Origin: Fidelibacterota bacterium
Lineage (GTDB): Bacteria > Fidelibacterota > Marinisomatia > Marinisomatales > Marinisomataceae
NCBI GenBank assembly: GCA_019650355.1
Contig: BOWX01000004.1
Coordinates: 718-64,717 of the forward strand
Length of the DNA stretch: 64,000 nt
Direction: 5' to 3'
Part shown: positions 63,900 through 64,000 of the stretch, one piece after another
Layout of the letters: every line of letters begins with the position of its first letter
Position numbering within the stretch: the stretch's first letter is position 1
Notes under the pieces: model-generated
What the model was told of the DNA's origin: nothing
Databases searched by the model: none
The model's input: only the letters and a program-made list of their open reading frames with translations
Position numbers and translations under genes: made by a program

Positions 63900-64000
63900 T
63901 TTCGAAAACGTAAGATTTAGTTTTTAATTTTTTATTTAGAATTGTAAATTCTTGGTCAAAATCATACTATTTTAAATTGTTTTTAGGAGGTATAAAGTAT

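Overview
An AT-rich, gene-dense bacterial chromosome segment. Gene content and composition suggest a streamlined marine Gram-negative heterotroph, possibly Marinimicrobia/FCB-like (inference only). It carries housekeeping and lipid genes, a surface-glycan cluster (GT2, GT90, TagF/TagD, MJ1255-type GT), queCEDF, Ni-SOD and Fe-SOD, tRNA-Lys(CTT), glpX plus class I aldolase, and a TonB-dependent receptor. It also has a complete ~14.6-kb Alternative Complex III + caa3-type (A2) oxidase + heme A/Sco operon, rpe-tkt-rpiB, and a TetR-fadE-fadA-fadN beta-oxidation operon. Many genes are split by single-base indels, and ~5380-6600 is a homopolymer-scrambled remnant of acs. Both look like long-read sequencing error rather than biology. 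I see no mobile element, CRISPR array or defence system. The best candidates for uncharacterised biology are: (i) a divergon of a Tat-lipoprotein Rieske with a Gly-repeat tether, a non-canonical cytochrome b561-like protein and YceI; (ii) an internally duplicated 1115-aa CPBP protease under a palindromic operator; (iii) several palindromic operators (FNR-like, TetR, Fur-like); and (iv) unannotated small membrane ORFs.
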